Positions 39,328 through 53,504 of a DNA stretch of 63,782 nucleotides are shown piece by piece. Origin of the DNA: Octopus bimaculoides (lineage: Eukaryota); the NCBI RefSeq assembly GCF_001194135.2, contig NC_068981.1:186566494-186630275 (forward strand). Reading direction: 5' to 3'. Below the pieces are notes generated by a model. That model made no database searches and was not told the origin of the DNA. It saw only the letters and a program-made list of their open reading frames with translations. Each line of letters opens with the position of its first letter. The stretch's first letter is position 1. Made by a program: the position numbers and the translations under genes.

Positions 39328-39784
39328 TTTTTTTTACTTACCATGCCTTAGAAACTAGAATTCATAAATAAATATTTCTTAATGGGAAACAAAACAAGCA
39401 ACGCGTCAGAAGTAAGAAAATAGATGCACGCTGTTATGTTTCAAGCTTCTATGAATATCTAAATAGCAAGCTAACCATCGGGAATATTATATTATAATAT
39501 ATACAATGTACATTATAGCAACTGACCATTCAGTTTGATAATGATGTTACGCTAGAAACCGTTATTATTTCGTTGGTCTTTTTCTATTTCAGTAGTTTAG
39601 ACAAATTCACAATGTTTAATGTGTGTATGTGTGTGTGTGTTCATCTGTGTTTGTGTCATGGGATCTACAAAATTTCATGAGTATATATGTCTATGTGAAT
39701 GTAAATATGTGTGTGCGTGTGTATAAGTGTATGTGTGTGTATGATATACACATACGTACACTAAGTATACACTCTTTTTCTCTC

Positions 39785-39820
<36 letters not shown>

Positions 39821-39903
39821 GAGAGAGAAGGAATATGCCTACTGGCGTGTTGTATGTGCATGTATGTGCGTATTAGTGAGCATTTGCATATGTGTCTATA
39901 TCA

Positions 39904-39934
<31 letters not shown>

Positions 39935-40140
39935 CAGATATACCAAGTAAACTATATATACATGTGTATGTATGTATTTGTATATGTTTGTATATCGTTG
40001 TATATATATGTTTATATATACATATGTGCATGTATGTGTGTGCGTGTATACACAGATATATAAATATACTACATATACATACTCACATGTATAAATGTGT
40101 GTTTTCGTTAATGTGTGCGCTCACGTGTACGTGCGTGTGC

Positions 40141-40188
<48 letters not shown>

Positions 40189-40924
40189 AGTTTTCCTTGG
40201 TTCAACGTCTTCCATGTCTGAATACCAGACAAAACCAAACTGAAATGGTCAGCTCGAACGATCACCTCTGATTCTTCAATATGCCAATATCTATTAACGA
40301 TATTTCAACTAACAATGATTAATCGCTTGTTTAGGATAATATTCACTTAGTTTATGTTACGCCGACTGGAAATGATAAAACGATGGGTTAAAGTGCTCCG
40401 AGACACAACTCAAACACTATCACAGATTCTCAACCAAATGGTCAGATAATTTTTACAATGTCTTCTTTGAAGAGAAATGATAAAACTGTGCAGCTCTTTC
40501 ACCATACAATGACATGGTAATTGACATATTATAAATTTCAATATTGATGTATTTGCACATCTCTTGAGGTTAAGCACAGTTATATATCAAATGATATAAA
40601 CGTTGTATCAAAATAGGATTGTGTCTTCTCCTTGGCTGCGTGTTAAAGGCCAAGATATTATCGTTTAATATTATTCTGGATTATTAACCAATTGTTTCCA
40701 TGTGAATATTTTCAATACCAAGTTTTGGTCAGTCTGTTCTCTAAATGCCTTTCAGTATTCAAAATGCCTTGCTGCAGCTATTTACCATTAACGAAACCAA
40801 ACAGTAAAAAAATATATGTCTTCATTTTCGTCGTCATCATCGTTATCATCGTCATCATCATTATCATCGTCATCACCATTATTGTTATTATCATCATCAT
40901 CATCATCAACTACTGGACATTTTT

Positions 40925-41160
40925 GTCTAGAGTCTTAGGACACATTACCGGTTATCCGGTTTCAATAACTGACCGAGATCACAACGTCTCCCACCCCTGA
41001 ACGAGACGCCAGTCAATCGCAGTGTCACTCATTTACACCCAAGGAAACTGCAGCAACATTAAAGGAAGTATTTTGCTCGAAAATCCAAAGCATTATCTGT
41101 TCCGGGAATCGAAACCACAATCTAGCGAACACGAGTGCAAAACCCTAATTACTGGGCCAC
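40925..41160 (-). mobile_element. SINE family B', old copy
   Basis: Minus strand: GTTTCGATTCCCGG…GAGCAAAATACTT…GCGATTGACTGGCGTCTCGTTCAGGG…GAAACCGG. Other decayed B-type copies lie at 36840-36985 (-) and 53715-53830 (+). Confidence 0.7.
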
Positions 41161-41682
41161 TTCACTTAAAATATGTTTCGCTGGTCATAAAATCTCAATC
41201 CGGGTGAGAAATTCAAATACATTGGATGCAGATATTCCTTTGTCGTTATCGTGTTCGTTTTGAAGTCCTGTAGTTCAGCTTGCGTCCTCATAATGAGGAG
41301 CAATGGTAATGCCTCTTTACTACAGCTTTAGTTCGAGAACGTTTCAAACACAGAAACTCCGATTTCGTAGAGGATACACAAAGATGCGCGCATACGTACA
41401 CACACGTGTGTGCGTGTGTGTGCGCGTGCGCGAGCACAAGTATGTTGTATGTATATCCCCTGCTATTTCGGATTTTTCCGTGTTTGTCTATTTGCCCCCC
41501 CCCTCTTTCTCTCTCTTTCGTGTGTAAGGCTAGAGAAGGGAGCGATGACCTCCCCTCACAAATGCTAATCCGACACAGAATGTGTGTCGTTAGCCAGCTG
41601 CAAGAGATGTCTTTCTTGGGCTGTAAACATCAGTAGCACTGACCTATATAGAACACCACACTTAGTTGGCATATATATATAT

Positions 41683-41814
41683 TATAGTTTTAGAGAAAAG
41701 AACCAAAGTTCATGAACCAAACTTGGTATTGAAAATATCCACATGAAAACAATATGTGACTGTGGTTTTTCTTGGATTAGTTCATGAACTTTGGTTCTTT
41801 TCTCTAAAACTATA
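41683..41814. mobile_element. 132-bp hairpin element (MITE-like) with perfect 35-bp inverted repeats
   Basis: TATAGTTTTAGAGAAAAGAACCAAAGTTCATGAAC (41683-41717) and its exact reverse complement (41780-41814), with TA-rich flanks. Confidence 0.85.
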
Positions 41815-42019
41815 TATTTATACTTTATACTGTGAAACTTGATTTAATTTTAATTTTTAATAAATTGAATTTAATTGAGTTTTTACCTGTAAATTTGGAT
41901 TTTTAGCCCTAATATTATTATTATTATATATAGGTATTCCAAGTAATTTTATATATATTCATACATACATGTTGGTCTTCTAAACAATTTATGTCTACTA
42001 AATACAATCACAAGATACT

Positions 42020-42135
42020 GGTCGCCCTAGTGGGTGACTATAGAAGAAGACACTTGCCCAAGGTGCCACGGAGTGGGACTGAACATGAAACTACATTGTA
42101 TCAAAACGAGCTTTATAGCCACATAGCCATGCATG
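42020..42135 (-). mobile_element. SINE family C head fragment
   Basis: TATAGAAGAAGACACTTGCCCAAGGTGCCACGGAGTGGGACTGAAC. Confidence 0.85.
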
Positions 42136-42565
42136 CGCATACATAATGCGCATACATAATGTAGAAAAATGGGTATGTAGAAATCCGGGGATTTTTTGAT
42201 ATTTTGGATGATTCCGAGAACAATCAAATTTAAATAACTTTTGTTAATTTAATCATGAAAAATCTTTAATGAAATAAGAATATCTATTAAATTCGAACAT
42301 TGCATATCAACTCTTAATTAGGTTATTGATATTTCGTGCATGGGCAATAATCATTATCAGCTGCACCACTCCCATCGATAAGCATTCTTCCGAATATATT
42401 AATTGAAATTGAATATACTTTGATCATATGAGATGGATTGTGTGGAGACATGAGTGCGTCTGTGTGCGCGTGCGTGTCTTTAAGTGTTAAGCATCACACA
42501 TATCACTCCCCAAAAAATAAATATGCCGCACAATACTGCACAACATATTTATGTATGTATGTATT

Positions 42566-42614
<49 letters not shown>

Positions 42615-43964
42615 ATGTATTTATGTGTGTGTGTGTATATATACGTGTATATATATATTTATTTACGTGTGTGTGCGTATATATATATATGTATATATAT
42701 GTNNNNNNNNNNNNNNNNNNNNNNNNNNNNNNNNNNNNNNNNNNNNNNNNNNNNNNNNNNNNNNNNNNNNNNNNNNNNNNNNNNNNNNNNNNNNNNNNNN
42801 NNNNNNNNNNNNNNNNNNNNNNNNNNNNNNNNNNNNNNNNNNNNNNNNNNNNNNNNNNNNNNNNNNNNNNNNNNNNNNNNNNNNNNNNNNNNNNNNNNNN
42901 NNNNNNNNNNNNNNNNNNNNNNNNNNNNNNNNNNNNNNNNNNNNNNNNNNNNNNNNNNNNNNNNNNNNNNNNNNNNNNNNNNNNNNNNNNNNNNNNNNNN
43001 NNNNNNNNNNNNNNNNNNNNNNNNNNNNNNNNNNNNNNNNNNNNNNNNNNNNNNNNNNNNNNNNNNNNNNNNNNNNNNNNNNNNNNNNNNNNNNNNNNNN
43101 NNNNNNNNNNNNNNNNNNNNNNNNNNNNNNNNNNNNNNNNNNNNNNNNNNNNNNNNNNNNNNNNNNNNNNNNNNNNNNNNNNNNNNNNNNNNNNNNNNNN
43201 NNNNNNNNNNNNNNNNNNNNNNNNNNNNNNNNNNNNNNNNNNNNNNNNNNNNNNNNNNNNNNNNNNNNNNNNNNNNNNNNNNNNNNNNNNNNTATATATA
43301 TATAAATATATATATATATACATACACTTTTATGTATTACATTATATCCACATACAAGCCTTCCTCCATGTTCCTGTATGCATACACACATATATTTGCA
43401 TACATATACACGCGTACATATGTATATGCGCGTGTAAATATATGTGTTTGAGTGTATTTGTATATCAGTATGTGTGCACGTGTGGTTTTCCTATGTATGT
43501 GTATACAAGCACACAAACACCAGTATGTGCATGTGTAGTACACATAGGCACAGTAACTGATACATTCGTACACATATATGCAAAGAAGCACAATAACGTA
43601 TACACATTAACACTTTACGGTCATGCATAGATCCATACAAGTGCACACGCATGCATACAAATGGAGAATGCAATAAGATTACAATCAACATTAAAGGATA
43701 TTGCATAAGAATAATTTTTCTATCGGTTTCACAATTAACAGATGTAGTATCGTTAGCAAGTAAACCTCAAAATGGCGGTGTTAAAAATCTGTCCATTAAT
43801 ATCATTATCTTTCCGTACACAGGAAATATGGTGTTACAATTACGTTATGGTGTTTTTTGTTCCTTAAGGACCTGGTGACATTCAGCTAAACTCGTTCACT
43901 CACATAGATATAACTAGGCTTATCTTGAGCATCTATGCTTATGTAATGTATATTCTTTTATTCT

Positions 43965-44230
43965 TTTAGTTGTGCCAGTTTTTGATTGCAGCCATGCTGG
44001 AGCACCGCCTTTAGTCGAACAAATCATCCCCAGGACTTATTCTTTGTAAGCCCAGTACTATCGGTCTCTTTTGCCGAACAGCTAAGTTACAGGGACATAA
44101 ACACAACAACGTCGGTTGGACACACAAACATATATGTATATACGACGGGCTTCTTTCAGTTTCCGTGTACCAAATCCACTTACAAGGATGAACCCAAAAC
44201 CATGTGGTTGGGAAGCAAGCTTCTTACTAC
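43965..44230 (-). mobile_element. SINE family C, internally deleted
   Basis: Tail GCAGCCATGCTGGAGCACCGCCTTTAGTCG, then TACGACGGGCTTCTTTCAG and the head remnant AAAACCATGTGGTTGGGAAGCAAGC. Confidence 0.85.
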
Positions 44231-44305
44231 ACATTATAACGTGTGTGTAGAATTTAACAGTTATATAACATTATATTGTATGCATAATGCGAAACATATA
44301 TATAC

Positions 44306-44344
<39 letters not shown>

Positions 44345-44789
44345 NNNNNNNNNNNNNNNNNNNNNNNNNNNNNNNNNNNNNNNNNNNNNNNNNNNNNNNN
44401 NNNNNNNNNNNNNNNNNNNNNNNNNNNNNNNNNNNNNNNNNNNNNNNNNNNNNNNNNNNNNNNNNNNNNNNNNNNNNNNNNNNNNNNNNNNNNNNNNNNN
44501 NNNNNNNNNNNNNNNNNNNNNNNNNNNNNNNNNNNNNNNNNNNNNNNNNNNNNNNNNNNNNNNNNNNNNNNNNNNNNNNNNNNNNNNNNNNNNNNNNNNN
44601 NNNNNNNNNNNNNNNNNNNNNNNNNNNNNNNNNNNNNNNNNNNNNNNNNNNNNNNNNNNNNNNNNNNNNNNNNNNNNNNNNNNNNNNNNNNNNNNNNNNN
44701 NNNNNNNNNNNNNNNNNNNNNNNNNNNNNNNNNNNNNNNNNNNNNNNNNNNNNNNNNNNNNNNNACACACACACACACACACACACACA

Positions 44790-44875
44790 GGGTAATCCTT
44801 CGCCATATCGCGGTTCACCTATCGCGCACTTTGTACATCGCGGGCTCTTCAGTATATCCGGGTTTCTACAGCCAA
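44790..44875. mobile_element. Tigger/pogo-like end fragment
   Basis: 26-mer at 44801-44826 identical to 18123-18148. Confidence 0.6.
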
Positions 44876-45934
44876 TAGATATTTATATTATTTCTGTGAG
44901 AGGTTTTGAAACGTAACACCTAGGATAGTCGAGATATTACTGTATGTAATATATTATAAATGTATATCAGAAATGTATATTAAGCATCTATGGATACATA
45001 GACAGATAGATAGCTAGATCTTTGACAGAAAATACAATATACATATGCAATACATTTGTACGTATAGTGTGCACATATACTTGTATATAGAATTATGTAT
45101 GTATTTATACATGTATACATACATATATACAAACATATACCGCTACACGTATATGCATGTATGCATATATACATGCATTTACATCCTACATTGATGTAGT
45201 GCAAAATATTACTACTCAAAAACGTTTGTACTCATAATTTTATTTCTAACATTCAATTAAATGCACAAATTGCACATTTATGATATATATATGCGTGTCA
45301 CATTAACATTCACACGTATGCAACTTGCTCAGGGATGTATTTATATTCAAGTTGCGTTTCATTAAATAAACTAATAATCCAGTTGATATTTCATTCCTGC
45401 TTACGTAAAGAATCAGACGCTAGACTTCCCTTCGTTACTCTTGGAACAATGCAATCATTTTCTAATCTATAGAAAGATTAATCTAACCAATGTTTTTAAC
45501 TGTTAATAGCTTGCTATAAAGCCAGATCAATAGTAAAGTATAAATATAGATAAAAAGAATTCCTCGGAAAGATCACGAATTTCGAGATAAGTCCAATAAT
45601 ATTAAGCTTATGAAAGCGTTTTCCAAGATGTTTTAATAATAATAGTATATCAATTTGGGAAGAAACGTGACAAAAGAATCACTGCTCTCTCCTGATAAGG
45701 ACACTAAGTTTAAATAGAAATATTGTACGATAATATTAATAGAGGAGAACGCATGAAGAATCACTTATTTTGCAGATTATCAACTTGATACTCAAATCAT
45801 TGCTTCTGACACATAGACACAGACTGATATATATGTATGTATGTATCTATGTATATGTGATGCATATATGTACATATATGCATGCGCATATATGTGTATG
45901 CTTGTGCGTGTTTGTGTGTATAAATATGTATATG

Positions 45935-45969
<35 letters not shown>

Positions 45970-46714
45970 NNNNNNNNNNNNNNNNNNNNNNNNNNNNNNN
46001 NNNNNNNNNNNNNNNNNNNNNNNNNNNNNNNNNNNNNNNNNNNNNNNNNNNNNNGTATATATGGCAAATGAAAGCTACCAGGTGTAAACCATTCATTTTA
46101 TTATATATCATGTATATATATATGATATATATAATATGTATGTATGTATGTATGTATATAGAGACACATACATTCACATTGCTATTATGCTATTGAAATC
46201 TGTCAAGCTTCATATATCAGTAAACTAAATCCAACAATAAAGGGAAGAATATATATAATTTCACAAAAGAAAATGAAAATATAATCTGTATTTGAATATA
46301 TTTTAGTTCGGCTCTTTGTTCTCCGACTCTATATGATACAACAGAAATACAGTATGTGGGTAATTTTAAATTCAAATGACATCAGTAATCAAAGCTGTGA
46401 ATTAGTCATTATTTATACCAAGTTACGGAGACGACAACCATATATCTGTCGAAACTGCAGCCCGGTAAATCCTTCCATGTTGATTTTGTTAATAGACCTC
46501 AGGTCATGCCTGATCAGAAAGCCGTAAATTCAATAGCGATGCTGTTGGGACAATCTTGTCTTTGTTTGCTTTTTTAAAAGCCTGTCAATGATTAGGAGTA
46601 GATTTGGTTACTATTTCTTGCAAGTCGGTCAACCACATATATGTGAGTAGGAGAGTAGTTGTCTGTGTGTGTATGTGTGCGTGTGTGTTTACAACCCAGT
46701 TGAAGTTTGTTGCT

Positions 46715-46960
46715 TGTTCCTTCTCCAAACATACCTGGCTCATAAGGGCCGCTTTCCCGGTTTCATTGGCGTATAGGTTCCCCACCTGGACGGGACGCCA
46801 ATCCGTCGCAAGTTTACTCACTTTTGCCAGTTGAGTGGACTGAAGCATCGTGAAATGAAGTGTTTTGCTCAAGAACACAACACGTCGCCCGGTCCAGGAA
46901 TCGAAACCACAATCTTACGATCACGATTCCAACACCCCTAACCACTAAGCCATTCGCCTC
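46715..46960 (-). mobile_element. SINE family B', full length
   Basis: TGGCTTAGTGGTTAGGG…GTTTCGATTCCTGGACCGGGCGAC…GAGCAAAACACTT…GCGACGGATTGGCGTCCCGTCCAGG…GAAACCGGGAAA. Confidence 0.88.
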
Positions 46961-49900
46961 CACAGTTGAAAATCCGGTTGACTTTAATTTCGCTACAAAA
47001 TCACTTAGGAAAGACATGAATGTAGTAACATCCAAACTTTTACCTTCCATATAAGAAATTGTTTCATAACATATTTGGTTTCTAATGAATCGGTTCCGTG
47101 TTCAAAACCTGCTAAGCTCCACATTGACGTTTTTCAACTCTGAACCGTGCTCCAATCACCACTTTTACTCTCTACAAAAACTGAGAGCGTTTTAATCTAA
47201 AAAAACACATTTTCGGGTTTATCTCTGATCTCCGAATAGTTTAATGAATTTAACTCAAATGTAACAAAGAGATGTGGATGTAGTTTCACTTCACTTTACT
47301 TTAACGATGTGATTTAAGTAATTTTCAAAGCATGCATATTCTTGCATTAAGACAATACTTATCAATTATCTGGTGTCTTTCACCTTAACATTCTATATGA
47401 ACCTAAATATATTTATTTCATTTCAAGACAGCATTACTAATAGAAAAAGGAATTTTTGGTGACTTAATCTCAGAAGCTCTGATAATAGCCATGGCGCCTT
47501 TGAAAGCTGCTAAGAAAGATGAGGGAGAAATTCTCCTCCAATCAGAGATATTGAACAAATGCGTGTGACAGAATGTACACCGATAAACATAGACAAAGAC
47601 CAGTTAATATCCCAGTGCACCATTTGTTTTATAAGAAAATATATTTGGCTTTACTTCGATTAATTTGGCAAATTTATCCCTATTTTATATTGAGTATTTA
47701 AAATTTCATCGTATGATCCCAGATTAGTTCTAATTCGAAGCTGAATCATGAATGCATTCGAACACAATTGTCCATGTGCCATGCGTTAGGTTCATGTGTG
47801 AACTGACGGTGGTCGAAGATACTGTCGATAGTAGTGAGATTGTTATGGTGATGGACTAACATAAACGACAGTTGAACGGTCAGAAATCAATGAAGTTTAC
47901 TGCCTCTCGATCCATGAAGGATCAAACAAATAAGTGATAGTATGCGCCAAACCGATCGAGTAGCTATAAAGAGCGTTCTCTGGAAGTGTGAAATCGATGT
48001 TTGATCCGATTTAAAGAGCTGAGGAACCTGTTAATAACATATCAGTCTTGAAGTCTTGAACTGGACGCAGATCTATCATAAGAAAATCTCAAGCTTCGTT
48101 AATTAAGTTTCATGTGTCAGATGTTACCACATTATATGGGGCTAGAATCTGATTTTCGGGCGTTTAGGGTTTGTAATTAACAGTCCTGCCAACTGTTGAC
48201 ACATTTATTTGATAAAAATTGACTCACTACTTCAAAGAGAAAACTTTGAACCATTCCAAACATACTCAAACAAACCAAAACACACACAAAAAGAACAAAT
48301 AATCACACACACGCAACAAACTCCAATCTATTTACTGGAAAATAGACAATGAATTAACCTTAATTTAACCGGAAATCACATTTCTTCAAATACATCCATT
48401 TTTAAAGGGAAGCATTATGAGAGACTTTTAAAATGCTATAAAATGTACAACCTCTGATGTCAGCTTCTATGTTTGTAATTCTAGTTGACAGACTCGCTTC
48501 TAAAACGCCATAAAATCTCTGTGCGTTCCTCATTAAATACGCCGGAATGCCTTTCTTGCATACTCCAGCCCTTAGAACTAACAGTGTGTGTAATTACAAA
48601 TATGCACTAACGTTTTTCTTTTCCTTTTCTCTGTCTTTTTAACTCCTAATAGATTAACACAATTGTGTTTTGAACCTTGCAGGTTTAACTCCCAAACTTT
48701 CGTATTCTTCATGTGACTTGTCATATATCATTTTATATTTACACGTAAAAGTATTCTGCATGTCATTTTTCATTGCGATTCTATTTGAAATTATTGTTAT
48801 TTCTTTTAGAGATAGACAAGTGTAAAATCTTTCCAAAACATACTCTAAAATACCTCATGAATTTTCTGAAAGAAAACAGAATTCTAAAAGTTTTCTTCTG
48901 TCATTGTATGCAGTGAAACTTCAAATTGATGCACATCAAAATATGTTCAATAGAAAATTGTTCACTATGGAATCGCACATATGCACTCAATAAATGCACA
49001 GATGAAATCTGAAAAGTGCATCGATCGTTCAAAAATTATGCCACTGTTTTACTAAACAATACCGAATATTGTGCTATTTGATTATTCCATGCATTTTTCT
49101 CTGCAGTCGGTTCTCGAAATAGATTAAATTTGAACCAAATTAAACGTTATTTTTTTTTATAACCTCTGAATTTACACTTCTTTCCAAAAAGTGGCAGATC
49201 AGATGCGGACACCAGCAATTTTCTAATTCTTAGCATGATCCATTCCTGACAAAATCAATTTTTAGTCAATTATTAAACAACGTAGAATAATGGCTAAAAC
49301 TTTTTTATTAAAATTGAAAATTGTTAACTATTTAAGTTATTCGTTGCAAGCTGCAGTGTGTTCTTTGTCAGAGAGATAACTTTGGAACTCTGGCGGCGAA
49401 CAGATCATTACTTCACTACCAACATTAACACTGTGTAATTGTGAGCACAAAAATATACAAAACACACAGTAATTTAGCTCCAACTGAAGAATCTGGGATT
49501 AAACTCTAACAAACGGAAAATACATTTCATGGACGTTAAATACAGATAAAAGAACTAGGAGACACTTTTCCTAACATTAAGAGTGTAGTTAATGTGGCAT
49601 AAAATAACCATTTCTGTAACTGAACACACTCAGCAGAGATAAAAGGAATATAATTGGCTGTTCATGAACTATAAACTAAGATCTAACTTGAATTGCTGCT
49701 TAGAGATTTGAATAAGAATATATTGGAACTATATTAGGTTTACAAGAATAAGTTTTGGTTAAGAGAAAATTGTATAATGTAAATATAAATGTATTTTTAA
49801 AGTGCGAAATTATATTGCATTCTTGTTTTTTTGTTTTTTGTTTTGTTTTGTGTTTTTGTTTTTTGTAAATGTCTCGTCTAACATCTGTTATCAAAACAAA

Positions 49901-50334
49901 CACTTTGGGTGTTAATATGTATAAGATAGAAACGGATAAACATCGTTCTGAAGGAAACTATCTTCGTTCTTTTTATGCTGAAAGCTAATTTTTATTTCAT
50001 CTCAGACAGATTATTCAACGTTCAACCATAACAATGTTATTTCACTTCAAACAGATTATTCAACAGTCAACATAAGAATGTTGCTTGTGCCTAAATATAT
50101 TAACATAAATTAACATATATTATCTTCGTCAGAAGGGTGGAGACTAATATAAGTTAAATATGGAACTTACATAGTTAAAAGAGAAAAACATACGAGTTGA
50201 TATTCTTGACAACACGGGTATTTATGCATGAAAGTTACTTAACAGTTTTTCATGAAGTCAGTCAAAGGCATGCTCCAAAGTCTGGCCCCAAAATGTACTG
50301 ATTTCTCTTTATACAACTTTTACTACGATTGCAG

Positions 50335-50542
50335 GGGTCAGCGTCTGTGTTGTATCCAATCCCCAATCCCCAGAATAATCTCTTGTCCCAATCCTTTTTC
50401 CGAATACGTCTGCTCTATCGAATCCCATACTCGCTGCACATGTCATACTTGAAATCGTCGACCCTCGCCACCACTTAAAGTAAAGCGCTAACGACATCCA
50501 TTTTAACAGTCTCGACGCTGACCAAACTAATAAAAACATAAT
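50335..50542 (+). other. Weak candidate non-coding exon
   Basis: Pyrimidine-rich …GATTGCAG| acceptor and AAT|GTAAGT donor. GC-richer than the flanks. Stops in all frames. Confidence 0.2.
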
Positions 50543-51611
50543 GTAAGTATACAGCGAGATGTATTTCATGTGACGCAGTACGTGCGAAGAGAGAGGGGGG
50601 AAAACTATTGAAACTAATGTGCTTTTGTGTAGCTGACATATTTTGAAGAGCAGAGTAAAACTGTATGTATGGCTGTGTGTCAGTAGCAGCCATCCAAAGA
50701 ACGCACATCATTAGGATGGATGAAGCTGTAAATACCTTTATCAGGAAATAATTAATTGAATGGCTTTCTCCTGAATAAATTTAGAAGTTCTAATTAATTA
50801 TGTTGAGTAACATTCCAGTTATATAACTATTCGATAGAGAATGTCTACATTATTAAGAATATAAGTCTTCCAGTAGTATTAAATGGAAAGAGGTAGATTG
50901 CTGCGCATCTTTTTGTTAGGAGTAACACTTGTCTCCTAAAACGTAAAGAATATAATCAGATCTCCATTAGAAATTTTGATTGAATCCTTCATTATAAATA
51001 TTCCCCACGAAAGTAGAGTGACTATTTCAAACTATTTCGCCATATCTACACCAAACAAAAAGCAGATAAATACAAGCACTTAAAGATTAAACTCTGACAA
51101 AGCAGCACATCTATTCAGCTCCCATCGAATGAGTTATTGCTCCTACATACAATAACTCCTTTTCTAAACTGAATATCGAGAGAAACTATGAAAAGCAAGT
51201 TGCATTGATATTTTCTATCAATTTTGTCCAGCTGTCAACAAAAATACTTCCAGTGAAAAGATAATGAACAAACTCAGAGATCAAAGCAATTATTGTGCCA
51301 GGGAAACATAAATATGATAAAGTGAACAAACCTAAAAACATATGTTTGATTCGGTGAAATACAAGTCAAGTCATCAGACATTTATAATACACAACAATAT
51401 ATTCTAACTTTCGAGACAGAAAGAGCTTGCCGCTTCCATTTTCCTGTGATTTCTTTTTAGTTAATAATGTTATATATTGATATAATGTCGGTGGTACCAG
51501 ATAATTATTTTAAATAATTTGGTTGACAGATAATTAATAGAATATAGAAATATTTCCTAAAGCTTGAGATCATTAAAGAGTTGGTAGCTTAGAAACCATC
51601 ATCATGTTTAC

Positions 51612-51798
51612 CTTTTCTCGTACGGATGGTGTTATAACAGCGCGAAAACTACCTATAGTTCGGTGAGATGGCTAAGGCAGCACAAAACACTGTCTCATTA
51701 AGACATGCCACGGGATAAGAGATACGTATCTTTTCCAATTAGAGTAATTGCAACAGCAATTAACGACAGTACAGACACACCTTAATAGTATTCGTTAC
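51612..51798 (-). other. Candidate non-coding or UTR exon (187 nt)
   Basis: Minus strand acceptor TTTTTTCTTTTATTTCATTTTATATATTGCAG| and donor AAAG|GTAAAC. Stops in all three frames. Confidence 0.3.
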
Positions 51799-52337
51799 CT
51801 GCAATATATAAAATGAAATAAAAGAAAAAACAAGGAAAAAATACGAAAACTATTTCACTTGATAAAATGACATGGAATATTTTAATTAGCAAAAGCCCCT
51901 GAGTTATTCACAGTTTCTTAATTAATTACATTTCCGTATTCGATATTTTCAGGATGTAACTTTTTAATCATTGCAAAGCATTCTTTGCATTAAAACAAAA
52001 TAACATTTTCAACTGTTCAATATGGCATCATTCATTGAAAACTGATCATCAGTGAATACTAAATATGCTACAAAGACTATCTCTCTTCCTGATTAATGTC
52101 CAGTAACATTCTTTTTCCTGTGAAGCAGACAAAACCGATATAGTAATATTCGGTATTAAACACCAGAGAATTTCTGTTGGACGAAATTGTGACCAATAAC
52201 ATCATACTTAAAACCAACTTTTGCCGAACAATCGCTTGCATCGTACAATACCGATACGTAGTTAATTTAAATGTCAATTTGATCTATTATAAACAAGAGT
52301 TGAAATGTCAAATTTAAATGACATGGTTTCTTTATTT

Positions 52338-52716
52338 GTGGAGGCGCAATTGCCTAGTGGTTAGGGCAGCGGACTCGTGGTCATAGGATCGTGGTTTCGA
52401 TTCCCAGACCGGGCATTGTGAGTGTTTATTGAGCGAAAAACACCTAACGAGGCTCCGGCAGGGGATGGTGGCGAACCCTGCTGTACTCTTTCACCACAAT
52501 TTTCTCTCAGTCTTACTTCCTGGTTCTGTTGTGCCTGTAATTCAAAGGGCCAGCCTTGTCACACTGTGTCATGCTGAATATCCCCTTGAACTACGTTAAG
52601 AGTACACGTGTCTGTGGAGTGCTCAGCCACTTGCATGTTAATTTCACGAGCAGGCTGTTCCGTTGATCGGATCAACTGCAACCCTCGTCGTCGTAAGCGA
52701 CGGAGTGCCAACAACA
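52338..52716 (+). mobile_element. SINE family A, full length with 12-bp target-site duplication
   Basis: A-box-like TTGCCTAGTGG and B-box GTTTCGATTCC. GTTTCTTTATTT at 52326-52337 and 52717-52728. Short (ACA)n tail. Confidence 0.95.
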
Positions 52717-53504
52717 GTTTCTTTATTTATAACAAAGCATTGCTCGTTGCACTATAGAAAGCCCCAGTAGAACTAAATTCCATAAATATTCGCATCATTC
52801 AATCAGATTCCAAACTAATACGACCACACAGGGGTAGTTTTAATTAATTTTACAACAAACGAATTAATAATATCCGGCAACACCGAGTCTGTCTGATAGA
52901 AAAGAGTCCGGGAATTTTTAGAAAATTACTTGTAATGCGTCAGAGTCGTCTACATGGTAACAATGGTTTTATGAGTTGTTGAACGTTAAATATGCAACGT
53001 TCCACTAAAGTATTAGGTTGTCAGATAAATTCGTTCGTTTCATTTTTTTTCTTTTTTCGTAAGTTCAATCCTGTCGAAGACGGCTTAATATTTGTTAGCA
53101 AACCACTGAGAGAAATAGTGTTTGTGATAATGTTTTTTTATGTTTCGGATGAACTGGGCAAGATAAGGAGACATAAAATACGTAATAATTATAATAAGAT
53201 ATAAATAAAATAGAGGAGAAATCTGTTTTAGGATCATCATCAACATCATTATTACCATCACTACACTACCTCCATCGTCATATTAGAATGCTATACTTCT
53301 CTGTATGAAATTGTTAGAAATCGTTAATTAGTCAAATGTTAACGAATTGATTAATAACGATAAACGAAGTGATATAGAACAGATACGTGTTTTTATTGCT
53401 GTTGGCATAATGACCCTCCCAAAATGCAACAAAATAATTATTGTTTTTAATTTTTTTTTCTTGTGTTTGGAGTATTTCTGAAGGTAAGGCGGCGAATTGA
53501 CTGA

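Noticed and set aside
47491-47620. MAPLKAAKKDEG…VTECTPINIDK, vaguely like the ribosomal protein L31 N-terminus
   Set aside because: It needs a frameshift, similarity is marginal, and there is no downstream continuation or poly(A).
51574-51590. TGAGATCATT, the bantam miRNA 5' end
   Set aside because: The 3' half does not match and there is no hairpin.
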